Shown here one piece after another: positions 1-8,694 of a stretch of DNA of 64,000 bases; position 1 is the stretch's first letter; every line of letters begins with the position of its first letter. The DNA comes from Planctomycetota bacterium (GTDB taxonomy: Bacteria > Planctomycetota > B15-G4). The stretch covers positions 2,304,001 to 2,368,000 of the forward strand of contig CBDFJQ010000002.1 of the NCBI GenBank assembly GCA_965248575.1, given 5' to 3'. Below the pieces are notes generated by a model. The model ran no database searches and was not told the DNA's origin. It saw only the letters and a program-made list of their open reading frames with translations. Position numbers and translations under genes: made by a program.

Positions 1-392
1 CGCAGCGCTTCCACGGACTTGCGCGCGCGCCATTCAGTACCGAATCCAATCGCAATGTTGAGCACCAGCACCACGGCGATAGCGCCAGCATCGAAGGGAT
101 CTCCCAGGCTGACCGAGACGAGCGCAGCCACTGCCAGCAAGGCCACGATCAGGCTCCGCATCTGGTCCAGCAGCAAGCTCCAGGCGGAACAAGGGGGCGC
201 CAGCAGCAGCGCATTGCGCCCTGACACGAGTCTCCGAGCCGGCACCTCGCGCGAGCTCAAGCCATGCTCCGTGCTGCTCAGTTGCTCCAACACCTGCGCA
301 GTCGGAACGGAATGACTGTCCGGAAGCCCGGGCAGAAAGGCCGAAAGCAGAGAGCCTGCGGAATGCTTGGGAGTGAGCAAGCGGGCGTCCAA
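1..392 (-). CDS. Cation-transporting P-type ATPase (type II, Ca2+-like), N-terminal part; runs off the window start; start codon uncertain
   Basis: Manual translation of the minus frame (not in the ORF track): HSVPTAQVLEQLSSTEHGLSSREVPARRLVSGRNAL...SAWSLLLDQMRSLIVALLAVAALVSVSLGDPFDAGAIAVVLVLNIAIGFGTEWRARKSVEAL. This is the Cation_ATPase_N pattern plus TM1/TM2. No ATG seen nearby; TTG at 380 or 392 and GTG at 437 are candidates. Confidence 0.85.
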   Translation of the reverse strand, partial: MDARLLTPKHSAGSLLSAFLPGLPDSHSVPTAQVLEQLSSTEHGLSSREVPARRLVSGRNALLLAPPCSAWSLLLDQMRSLIVALLAVAALVSVSLGDPFDAGAIAVVLVLNIAIGFGTEWRARKSVEAL

Positions 393-580
393 CTGGGGGA
401 CGGCTGACCGACACCGATGGCACGAAGGGCTGTGCACAAAGCATAGCCTTGCATGGCTCAAGAGCGCCTACGCACACAGCGGGCAGTCACTACCGTTCCT
501 GGCGAGGTCCAGCAGCTCGCCCGTAGGCCTATGCTGGCCCTGCGACGGCGTGCCGATTCCGCACTCACCGGAGAGACAGG

Positions 581-1495
581 ATGCAGAGGCTCCTGCTGGC
601 CATCGATGGTTCTGCACACACCGCTGCGGCACTGGACTTGTTGCAGAGGCTGCCCCTGCCGGCGGACTGCGAACTGATCCTGCTGTGCGTCGTGGAAACC
701 CCAGACCCAAGCCATGCCCTGGTGAGTGCTGGCCCCGATGCGACCCAGGTCTTTGACGACTTGCGCTTGACGCTGCGTGGTGAAGCCGAGGAACTGCTGA
801 GTCAGTGTGCGTTGCAGATCGAGTCGAAGGCCTGGTCGGTCACGACAGAAATCCGAGAGGGAGTGCCGGCTGAACAGATCACGGAGGCGGCCAGCGAGTT
901 GGACGTCGACCTCCTGGTGCTTGGATCGCTGGGGTGCACCGGCCACGGGCGCTTCCTCCTGGGTGGGGTTTCCAAGCGGGTGCTGCACGAGTTCGGGTGC
1001 TCGGTGCTGGTCGTGAGACCCCCGGCGAATGCCGAGCCAAACGGAAACGGGTCCCAAGATGTGCTGCGCCTGCTTTTGGCCTACGACGGGTCTCCCAACT
1101 CGCAGGCCGCCGTCCAGTCCCTCGCCTCCCTGCCGCTAGGCGAGCACGTGGAACTCACCGTGCTGACGGTGTTGACGGTGGCCACCAAGTTGTTCAGGAA
1201 GGACATTGCCGAACGGCTGAGCGAGGAGTGGCAACACTACAAGGCACAGGCGCAACAACAGCAGGAAGACGTGTCTGAACAACTGCGGCCCACCAAGGCG
1301 CAGATCACGATGCGCTTGATGGATGGCGGCGTGGACGCCAGCGACGAGCTCTTGAACGCCGCTGAACTGTTGAGCACGGACATCGTCGTGCTCGGGCACT
1401 CCTGCGCGACGCGCCTGGAGCGTTTGCTGGTGGGAAGCCTGCCGAGCCGGCTCGTGGAGTACGCGCCATGCTCGGTCTGGGTCGTGCGTGCCTGA
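581..1495 (+). CDS. Tandem-domain universal stress protein
   Basis: Two USP repeats: RLLLAIDGS...DLLVLGSLG...GGVSKRVL...CSVLVVR and RLLLAYDGS...DIVVLGH...GSLPSRLVEYAPCSVWVVR. Confidence 0.92.
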   Translation: MQRLLLAIDGSAHTAAALDLLQRLPLPADCELILLCVVETPDPSHALVSAGPDATQVFDDLRLTLRGEAEELLSQCALQIESKAWSVTTEIREGVPAEQITEAASELDVDLLVLGSLGCTGHGRFLLGGVSKRVLHEFGCSVLVVRPPANAEPNGNGSQDVLRLLLAYDGSPNSQAAVQSLASLPLGEHVELTVLTVLTVATKLFRKDIAERLSEEWQHYKAQAQQQQEDVSEQLRPTKAQITMRLMDGGVDASDELLNAAELLSTDIVVLGHSCATRLERLLVGSLPSRLVEYAPCSVWVVRA

Positions 1496-2514
1496 TGATC
1501 GCCGCCGGGACCCCCACCGGCTTCGCTCCTGGCTTCCCCCTCTGGGCCAACTGGATCCTGGTGGTCGTCACCATCGGCCTGATTGCCAAGGGAGCGCAAT
1601 GGGTGGTGGATTCCTCCTCGCGCCTCGCCCGACACCTGGGCATGAGCGACCTGATGGTCGGCCTCACCATCGTGGCCTTGGGCACCTCCGCGCCCGAGTT
1701 CGCCGTCACCCTGGTCTCTGCCTTTCGGCAGCAAGGCGACATCTCGGTCGGCAATGTCGTCGGCTCCAACATCTTCAACCTGGGCTTCATCCTGGGGGGA
1801 TGCGCGCTCATCCGAACGATTCCCATCTCCGATTCGTTGCTGCGACGGGACGTGCCCGTGTTGCTCGGCGCCAGTCTCGGCCTGGCACTGCTGGTGGGTT
1901 GGGACCTGAGACTGGGGCGCGTAGACGGCCTGCTCTTGCTGCTTGGGTTGACGGTCTACATGACCAGTCTCTATCGGCGGCACACCCGCACGACGGCTCG
2001 TCGCGACGAGAAAGAAGCTGCAGTGGAAGCGCCCACGCCCCCCATCGAAGCCAAGCGCGTGGCGGGCCCTGGCGTGCTCGCCGATGCGGTGCGCCTAGCG
2101 CTGGGCCTGATCGCCGTGATCGGCGGCGCCCACCTGCTCGTGCAGTCGGCCAGTTCCATAGCGCGGGCTTTCGGATGGAGTGATTGGCTGATTGCCGTGA
2201 CCATCGTCGCCGCCGGAACCTCGGCCCCGGAGTTGGCCACCAGTCTCGTGGCCGTGCTGAAAGGCCGCTTCGCCCTCAGCGCTGGCAACCTCGTGGGCAG
2301 CGACCTGTTCAACCTGCTGGGCGTCCTGGGCTTGGCGGGCGCTGTGCGCCCGGTGGATGTGGAAGTCGGGGCGCGCGTCTCGCTGGCTGGTGTCAGCGCC
2401 ATGGTGCTGCTGGTTCTGCTGCTCATGCGCCACGGAGGACGGCTCACACGCAGGGACGGCTTCCTGCTGTGCATTGCGGCCGTGGTTCGCTTGGCCCTCG
2501 ATTACGGCGCGTAG
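1495..2514 (+). CDS. Calcium/sodium antiporter (CaCA family, YrbG-like)
   Basis: Two alpha repeats GTSAPE...GNVVGSNIFN and GTSAPE...GNLVGSDLFN, ~10 TM segments. ATG at 1495 overlaps the USP stop (TGATG). Confidence 0.92.
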   Translation: MIAAGTPTGFAPGFPLWANWILVVVTIGLIAKGAQWVVDSSSRLARHLGMSDLMVGLTIVALGTSAPEFAVTLVSAFRQQGDISVGNVVGSNIFNLGFILGGCALIRTIPISDSLLRRDVPVLLGASLGLALLVGWDLRLGRVDGLLLLLGLTVYMTSLYRRHTRTTARRDEKEAAVEAPTPPIEAKRVAGPGVLADAVRLALGLIAVIGGAHLLVQSASSIARAFGWSDWLIAVTIVAAGTSAPELATSLVAVLKGRFALSAGNLVGSDLFNLLGVLGLAGAVRPVDVEVGARVSLAGVSAMVLLVLLLMRHGGRLTRRDGFLLCIAAVVRLALDYGA

Positions 2515-2532
2515 GCAGCGGCTGAACGCTCG

Positions 2533-3369
2533 TCAGAACGCCGAGTCGAGGAACAGGACGGACGACATCGGCGCGAGCTCCAGCTGCGTCGATCCGCTCT
2601 CGCGGAACACCGCCTGGAAATGCACGGTGAAACCCTCGATCCCCGGACCCAAGTTGTTTATCGAGAAGTCGACGTCCAGGCTCGAGCCCGCGAGCGCACC
2701 GACGAAGGTCCCGGACGCGGGAACCAACGGGAAGCCGGGCAGGAACACACCGTGCAACCCTGGCAACGGAGGGGCACCCGAAAAGAACGAGGCCCAGACA
2801 AACACCTGGTCCCCCACTTCACCCTCGAACTGGAAGGAGAGCGTCCCTCCCTCACGAATGGGTGAGTCGATCTGCATGGCGCGGCTCGGAATCCCGTAAT
2901 CCGTGAGCAGCGAACCGCCCGTCAGCATGAGATCCGGCGCCGCCACCCCGTTTTCGCCGGCCGCTGGGCAGAACCCGCAGGACCCACCTTGGCCTCCGCC
3001 GCCACCAATGATCATGTCACTGGTCGTGGTCAGCTGCGCTGCGCCGCTGGCACTGATGGCCGGGGCACCATCTCCCCCATCACCGCACCCGCCGCCGGAT
3101 TCACACTGACCCTCGCCGCCAAAGCCGCCCCGCACGAGTCCACCCGAAAAGAACGCGCTCCCACCCTCGATCTCGAGCGCAAAGGAGCCCGGTCCGCCGT
3201 CGCTCTCCGATCCGTCGAGCCCGGAACCACCGCTCCCCCCGAAGACGGAGCAATCAAAGAACGCCACATTGGCGAGTCGGACGAAACACGCGACGTCGCC
3301 CGGCATGCCTCCCGCTGGATGGGCGTCGCCCGGCCTGCCTTGCAGATGGCAACGAGAGAAGACGGTCAT
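2533..3369 (-). CDS. Gly-rich extracellular-type protein with C-terminal beta-sandwich; probably 5'-truncated
   Basis: GGxGG tracts with interspersed Cys; C-terminal ...TVHFQAVF... segment. No signal peptide; in-frame TAG at 3421-3423. Confidence 0.6.
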   Translation of the reverse strand: MTVFSRCHLQGRPGDAHPAGGMPGDVACFVRLANVAFFDCSVFGGSGGSGLDGSESDGGPGSFALEIEGGSAFFSGGLVRGGFGGEGQCESGGGCGDGGDGAPAISASGAAQLTTTSDMIIGGGGGQGGSCGFCPAAGENGVAAPDLMLTGGSLLTDYGIPSRAMQIDSPIREGGTLSFQFEGEVGDQVFVWASFFSGAPPLPGLHGVFLPGFPLVPASGTFVGALAGSSLDVDFSINNLGPGIEGFTVHFQAVFRESGSTQLELAPMSSVLFLDSAF

Positions 3370-3532
3370 GCCGCCGAACCGAACCGAGGCGGCTGTGCTC
3401 GTGCTCTGGCCCGCGGTGGCCTACGGCATCGGCCAGCTGAGGCGCGGCGACCGCGGCGCCTACTGGACCCTGGGCGTCAGCCTGGGCTTCCCGTTGGGGA
3501 TGGTGACCCTGATCTTGCACGTGTTCAGTTAG
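3368..3532 (+). pseudogene. Possible C-terminal remnant of a small membrane protein
   Basis: AAVLVLWPAVAYGIGQLRRGDRGAYWTLGVSLGFPLGMVTLILHVFS* gives two hydrophobic segments; sits back-to-back with the 2533-3369 ORF with no room for a promoter. Confidence 0.3.
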
Positions 3533-4629
3533 CGAACGGTGCGACGTCTGTTGCGCAGAAAGTCCACCAACACGAACGAACCCAGTTGGCCCGGCGCCGA
3601 GTAGTACGCCCGCCCGTGGTTGATCTCGGTGAAACGCTCAATGAACTCCTCCAGAACCGGATCGTTGGTGAGCATGAAGGTCGTGACCGGAATGTTCAGT
3701 CGTCGGCAGTTGGCCGCCTCGTCGAGGGTCTTGTTCACCACCCGCTCGTCGAGCCCGAAGGGGTTCTTGTAGATGCTGCCGTCGCGCTCCGTGAGCGCCG
3801 AAGGCTTGCCATCGGTGATCATGAAGATCTGCCGATTGACCTGCCGCCGAGAGCGCAGCAGGTCTTGGGCCAGGCGCAAGCCGTCCCGGGTGTTTGTGTG
3901 ATACGGCCCGACGGAAATGTAGGCCAGGTCGTCCATGCTGACGCGAACGGCCTCGTCTCCGAACAGCACGACGTCGAGCGAGTCCTTGGGGTAGCGCGTC
4001 GTGATCAACTCGGCCAGGGCCAGGGCGACCTTCTTGGCAGGCGTGATCCGGTCTTCGCCGTAGAGGATCATGCTGTGGCTGATGTCCACCAGCATCACCG
4101 TGGCACAGGAAGAGAGGTGCTCCGTCTCGAAGACTTGCAGGTCCTGCTCCGTGATGGAGAGGTCCTGAATCCCTGCGCGCTGGATGGCGTTCTTGAGCGT
4201 GCCCGGGCCGTCCAGGAGATCGACGGCATCCCCGAATTCATACGGGCGCGTCTCAGGCAGCCGCTCGGCGCCCTGCCCCTGGCGCGGCACGCGATGGTCA
4301 CCGCGAGCATCGCCTTGGAGCGAGGAGAAGATGGCGTCCAGGGACTCGGTGCGGATGACCCGCTCACCCTTGGACGTGAGGGCGAGCTTTCCCTTAGCGC
4401 CTCGGGCGACGGTGCGGTCCCGCTCGAGAATCTCCCGGAACTCCTCGATGGAGAAGCGCTCCGTCCACACACCGTGTCGCTCGCCGATCTGGTCGAGCCA
4501 CCTCAGGGCCTCCTCGACGTCTCCCCCGGTGCGCAGCAACAGCTCGTTGAACACACGACGCAGCTCACCCAGCAGATCCCGAAAGCGCCCCAGCTCGGGG
4601 TCGTAGCGTTGGTAGCGGAAGTCAGCCAT
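3529..4629 (-). CDS. VWA domain-containing protein, partner of the upstream AAA+ ATPase
   Basis: MIDAS motif DISHSM, HTNT, FMITDGKPS; starts 9 bp after the ATPase stop. Confidence 0.88.
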   Translation of the reverse strand: MADFRYQRYDPELGRFRDLLGELRRVFNELLLRTGGDVEEALRWLDQIGERHGVWTERFSIEEFREILERDRTVARGAKGKLALTSKGERVIRTESLDAIFSSLQGDARGDHRVPRQGQGAERLPETRPYEFGDAVDLLDGPGTLKNAIQRAGIQDLSITEQDLQVFETEHLSSCATVMLVDISHSMILYGEDRITPAKKVALALAELITTRYPKDSLDVVLFGDEAVRVSMDDLAYISVGPYHTNTRDGLRLAQDLLRSRRQVNRQIFMITDGKPSALTERDGSIYKNPFGLDERVVNKTLDEAANCRRLNIPVTTFMLTNDPVLEEFIERFTEINHGRAYYSAPGQLGSFVLVDFLRNRRRTVR

Positions 4630-4638
4630 CGTGCGCGA

Positions 4639-6186
4639 TCAGTCCGCGAGGCTCTTGGCCATTTCGTCGAAGGGGTCGCTGTAGGTGCGCCCCGCGATCA
4701 ACTCCTGCTTGGAGAGCAAGGAGCTCTGGTGCAGGCCTTCGAGAATGAACTCCATCCCAGCCGTCAGGAGCTCACGGCGGGAGCCCTCCTCGGCGAGCTC
4801 GGCATCCTGCATCAAGTGCGTCTGCGCGAGCTGTTCCAGCCCTGATACAGAACTCAAGGTCTCCAACATCGAACCCGTGTCCAACTCATCGGACACGTCC
4901 AAGGTTGCGCCGTTCCGGAAAAACTCGAGGCAGGGCGCATAGTCGCTCGCCGCATCAGCCTCGCGCGGCACATTGGGGTCGGGCTTGCCCTTGGGCGTCT
5001 TGTCTCCGCCCGGTGCAAAGGCGTTGGGCAAGTGCCCATCGAAGATCGTCTTCACCGCACGCCCCAAGAGGTGCAGGGCGACATTTGCAGCGCCTTCCCG
5101 CTCCCCCTCGTAGACCAGCTCGACCTTGCCGGTGATGGCCGAGAGGGCACCGAAGAGGTCGCAGACCCGTGTGGCCGCCTGCGTCGCACCGGTCAGCATC
5201 GCCCGCCGCTCGGCGCCGGACACGAGATTCTCCAGGAGGGAGATCGTCATGCGCGCACTGATGCCCGAGTTCTGGTCGATGAACTCACTCTGCCGACCCT
5301 CGAAGGCGACCTGGTCCACCAGTTCACGCATCCAGGCCGGGACCAGCACCTCCACGTCCCCCGCGCGTTCCACCCAAGCCTCCTGCGCCGTGATCGCCAT
5401 GCCTTCCTCGAGCGTGCGCGGGTAGTGCGTGAGGATCTGCGACGCGATGCGATCGCGCAGGGGGGTGATGATGTTGCCGCGGTTGGTGTAGTCCTCCGGG
5501 TTGGCGGAGAAGACCAGCAGCGTGTCGAGCGGCAGGCGCAGCGGAAAGCCCCGGATCTGGATGTCACCCTCTTCGAGGATGTTCAGCAACCCCACCTGGA
5601 TCCGGGCCTGCAAGTCTGGCAACTCGTTGATGGCGAAGAGGCCGCGGTTCGTGCGGGGGATGATGCCGTAATGGATCACCCCCTCGTCGGCGAAGTCGAG
5701 CTTGCGCGTCGCCGCCTTGACGGGATCGATGTCGCCGATCAGGTCGGAGATCGAGACGTCGGGCGTCGCCAGCTTCTCCCGGTAGCGATCCTCCCGCGTC
5801 AGCCAGGCGATGGGTGCGTCATCACCAGCCTCTAACAGCAGACGCTTCCCGAAGGGGCTGATGGGTGCGAAGGGGTCGTCGTTCAACTCGCTGCCGTCCA
5901 GGATCGGCAAGACCTCATCCAGGAGCGACGGCAGGGCACGCAGGATGCGCGTCTTGGCCTGGCCCCGGAGGCCGAGCAGGATGAAATCATGGCGAGAGAG
6001 GATGGCCTTCTGGATGGCCGGGATCACCGTCCGGTCGTAGCCCACCAGCCCCGGGAAGACTGGCTGTCCCGAACGCAGCTTGGCGATCAGGTTGGCCCGC
6101 AGCTCATCGCGCACGCTGCGCGACCTCCACCCTTGAGCCTTGAGCTCCGCGAGCGTTCGTGCAGGGACAAGACGGTCAGGACACAT
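4639..6186 (-). CDS. Mg-chelatase ChlI-like / MoxR-related AAA+ ATPase
   Basis: Walker A-like GLRGQAKT, Walker B-like FAINELPDL, SANPEDYTNRG, PLRDR. Confidence 0.88.
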   Translation of the reverse strand: MCPDRLVPARTLAELKAQGWRSRSVRDELRANLIAKLRSGQPVFPGLVGYDRTVIPAIQKAILSRHDFILLGLRGQAKTRILRALPSLLDEVLPILDGSELNDDPFAPISPFGKRLLLEAGDDAPIAWLTREDRYREKLATPDVSISDLIGDIDPVKAATRKLDFADEGVIHYGIIPRTNRGLFAINELPDLQARIQVGLLNILEEGDIQIRGFPLRLPLDTLLVFSANPEDYTNRGNIITPLRDRIASQILTHYPRTLEEGMAITAQEAWVERAGDVEVLVPAWMRELVDQVAFEGRQSEFIDQNSGISARMTISLLENLVSGAERRAMLTGATQAATRVCDLFGALSAITGKVELVYEGEREGAANVALHLLGRAVKTIFDGHLPNAFAPGGDKTPKGKPDPNVPREADAASDYAPCLEFFRNGATLDVSDELDTGSMLETLSSVSGLEQLAQTHLMQDAELAEEGSRRELLTAGMEFILEGLHQSSLLSKQELIAGRTYSDPFDEMAKSLAD

Positions 6187-6300
6187 GGTGAAGGCTCAGT
6201 CAGGGAGGGGGCGCGCGCTCACGCTGCGTGACGATAGCGCGGCCCCTGCCGACGCGTCGACCTAAGTCGGACGTTTTCGCCGGACTCCCAGATCAGCGAC

Positions 6301-6350
6301 GCGCCGACCAGCCCCAGGCAAGATCATGATCACCTCGGACTGGTCAGCGC
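6301..6350 (-). terminator. Long GC-rich hairpin downstream of the small cytochrome-like gene
   Basis: Minus-strand RNA GCGCUGACCAGUCCGAGG pairs with CCUGGGGCUGGUCGGCGC (18 positions, two G-U, one mismatch); no U-tract. Confidence 0.5.
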
Positions 6351-6370
6351 GGCGCCCAGACAGACGCTCT

Positions 6371-6721
6371 CTAGTTCGGGCAGCCCGCGTCGATCCATGC
6401 GGCCAGGGATGTGATCACTTCAGACTGCGGTGGCGTGGCGCTGTTGTAGGGCGGTGAAGGCTGGGGCATCTGCCCAAAGTCATCCGCATACTGCCCCGTA
6501 CCCGAGAGTATCTGGACAATGGCGGAGCTCTTCGAGTCGCCCTTCACGAGAATCTGGACCACCGGGTAGCTCGGCGGCAGCGGCACATTGCCAGTCGTGA
6601 ACTGCTCGTAGGTCATCGTGTTCCAGAACGACTTGTGCGGCGCACTCCCGATGGGGACCCCCGCAGAGGCGACAAATTTGCTGAGCATGTCCTGAACATC
6701 TTTGTAGTTGTTGAGTGTCAT
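6371..6721 (-). CDS. Small protein resembling the planctomycete cytochrome c (PSCyt1-like) fold but lacking CxxCH
   Basis: GDSKSSAIVQIL...QMP...ITSLAAWIDAG C-terminal pattern; His in SAPH; no signal peptide; GGGGGA RBS upstream. Confidence 0.6.
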   Translation of the reverse strand: MTLNNYKDVQDMLSKFVASAGVPIGSAPHKSFWNTMTYEQFTTGNVPLPPSYPVVQILVKGDSKSSAIVQILSGTGQYADDFGQMPQPSPPYNSATPPQSEVITSLAAWIDAGCPN

Positions 6722-6742
6722 GGTTCCCCCAGTGAAGAGTGA

Positions 6743-8392
6743 TTAGAGATCTGACTGTGGAAGCGGTTGTGGCGTCACCGGATTGATCACCACCATTCCC
6801 GCGGCGTTCATGATGTTGGATGCATCCTGTGGAGTGACTGCTCCGCTGGGCTTATAAACCTCCAGCGCGTCGGGTGTCCTCACCGGAGCGTTCGCTGCCA
6901 GGAAGCTGAAGTCAAAACCCATAGCCTGGGCCCCGAAGCCATGACACCCCATGCACCCACCCGTCACGAAGGGTTCGTACTGCCCATTCGCATTGGCCAC
7001 ATAGGTGTTGGTGACGCCCGGCTCCGGAAGGTTGTCCGCGTCCCGGCCACCCGTGAAGTACTGCAGCGAACTGTTGGTCTCCGTGACAAAGTTGGCCAGG
7101 AAGTACTCCTGAAACTCGGGACCCTTCGGATTGCCATTGGACGGGGTCTGCGGCACGGCCTTGATGGGAGTCGCCTGGATGCCCGTCAGCTCGTAGTTCG
7201 ACCAGACGCTGCCGGCCAGCTGAGACTGCACGCTGGTGTTGAAGGCCGCGTAGTCACTGGGGATCTCGTGCTGCCGGATGGCGGTCCGGAACCCCGTGGG
7301 ATTGTTGGGGAGGATGTTCATGAAGATGGCCCCATCCTTGACGTTGTCGACGTGCTCGAAAGTCGAGAAGGTGAAGCTCGGAAACGCATCGGTCTTCTGG
7401 ATGATGTGGAGACCGATCAACAGCATCGTGTCGTTCGAGTAGATGAGATCGGTGTCGCTACTCGTGTAGGTGATGGCCGTGGTCGAGTGGTAACGCGTCA
7501 GCGCGTCAGGTCCGTCGACGGTTTCGTCGTAGAACCTCCAGGTTGCCTTGACCTCGATGGAGTTGTCCGGGAAGTCGATGTACGTCGGCGGGTACGCCGG
7601 CGCAGACGCGGGCACATTCGTCGTCAGCAACGTCTTCGTCCGTGCTGCAGCCGCACTGCGAACCGTTGAATCTTGTAGTCCATTGCTCCGGATGTAGTCG
7701 AACTCGACTTGGTTCATCCTCGCTTCATAAGCCAGGGGCGACTTGGCCACCAAGCTCTGATCTGACGAAGTCGCGAAGGGCGTGTAGAACATGTTTGCGA
7801 ACTTGATCTCGTTCCCCTCATCGAGGTTGTTGAACAAGGTCAGACTTGGGCTTCCGGCCCCTGGCTTCAACGTGACGAAGGGTGCGTACCCATAGCCGAC
7901 AGCCGCGTCGAAGGGAGGAAGTTGGTCAGCCCCCGGATTGGCTCCCGGCATGGGCGGCGTGTACTGGGCCGCCTGTTGAACGGCCGCGATGTTGGCTGCG
8001 TAGACCTCCGCCCGATGGCGATAGGTCTCCCAGACGACCGTGCCGCTGCCATCCGCCCCAACGATGTTGCTCGTCGTGTCGGGTTGCCCGCGGAAGAACG
8101 GTGCTTCACCTGCCCCGGGGTTGGCCCGAGGTTTGGCCGGCCAGTTCAGCGCAATGAACTCCTCCCACGCAAAGGTCGCGAGATCGGTGCGCGACGCGCT
8201 CGCCCCGTTGTTCACTTCCGTCGGAGGCGTGGAGCTCAAGGTCACGACGGGCGGCGCTGTCGAGCCGAGCAGAGCCTCGGCGTGGGCAGACGACCCAGCG
8301 CTCGAAGACACATCAGACGTGGAGTGCTGACACGCAGGCCCTATGAGAAGCACACTCAGCAGTGCCGGGCAGATCAACAGGTTGATACGCAA
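6743..8392 (-). CDS. Large monoheme c-type cytochrome family lipoprotein (C-terminal CxxCH)
   Basis: TTG start after AAGGGGG; lipobox-like LLIGPAC; blocks FAWEEFIALNWPA, IEVKATWR, GLHIIQKT, TFEHVDN, LANFVTET, GCMGCH...DFSF. Confidence 0.75.
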   Translation of the reverse strand: MRINLLICPALLSVLLIGPACQHSTSDVSSSAGSSAHAEALLGSTAPPVVTLSSTPPTEVNNGASASRTDLATFAWEEFIALNWPAKPRANPGAGEAPFFRGQPDTTSNIVGADGSGTVVWETYRHRAEVYAANIAAVQQAAQYTPPMPGANPGADQLPPFDAAVGYGYAPFVTLKPGAGSPSLTLFNNLDEGNEIKFANMFYTPFATSSDQSLVAKSPLAYEARMNQVEFDYIRSNGLQDSTVRSAAAARTKTLLTTNVPASAPAYPPTYIDFPDNSIEVKATWRFYDETVDGPDALTRYHSTTAITYTSSDTDLIYSNDTMLLIGLHIIQKTDAFPSFTFSTFEHVDNVKDGAIFMNILPNNPTGFRTAIRQHEIPSDYAAFNTSVQSQLAGSVWSNYELTGIQATPIKAVPQTPSNGNPKGPEFQEYFLANFVTETNSSLQYFTGGRDADNLPEPGVTNTYVANANGQYEPFVTGGCMGCHGFGAQAMGFDFSFLAANAPVRTPDALEVYKPSGAVTPQDASNIMNAAGMVVINPVTPQPLPQSDL

Positions 8393-8694
8393 TGGAACCC
8401 CCTTGTCCTGTAGACGGACGACTCCCCGACCAATGCACTGCAGTCGGGTCTTCCCTTTGCTGCTCACGGCGCCAATGGCCCCCAGGCCAGCGCTCGAACG
8501 CAAGCAAGCAGGTTCAACATGTGCGTGTCTAGCAGAGCTGTCAATACAAATGACCTCTGGATGAAAGCGTGTGAGAGCTGGCGGGTTACAAAACCCTGCA
8601 ATCTCGAATTCGGCAGCTTCGCTCCCGGGTCCGAATCCCATCCGATGGACACATGCTCCTGTCCAGGCAGTCCCAGCCACGAGAGAATCAACGA

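Noticed and set aside
2989..4845. 618-aa plus-strand ORF
   Set aside because: Antisense to the VWA and AAA+ genes, with no motifs; typical high-GC shadow ORF.
4639..6186. Photosynthetic Mg-chelatase (bchI/chlI)
   Set aside because: No chlH/bchH or pigment genes; motifs fit the generic AAA+/VWA subfamily.
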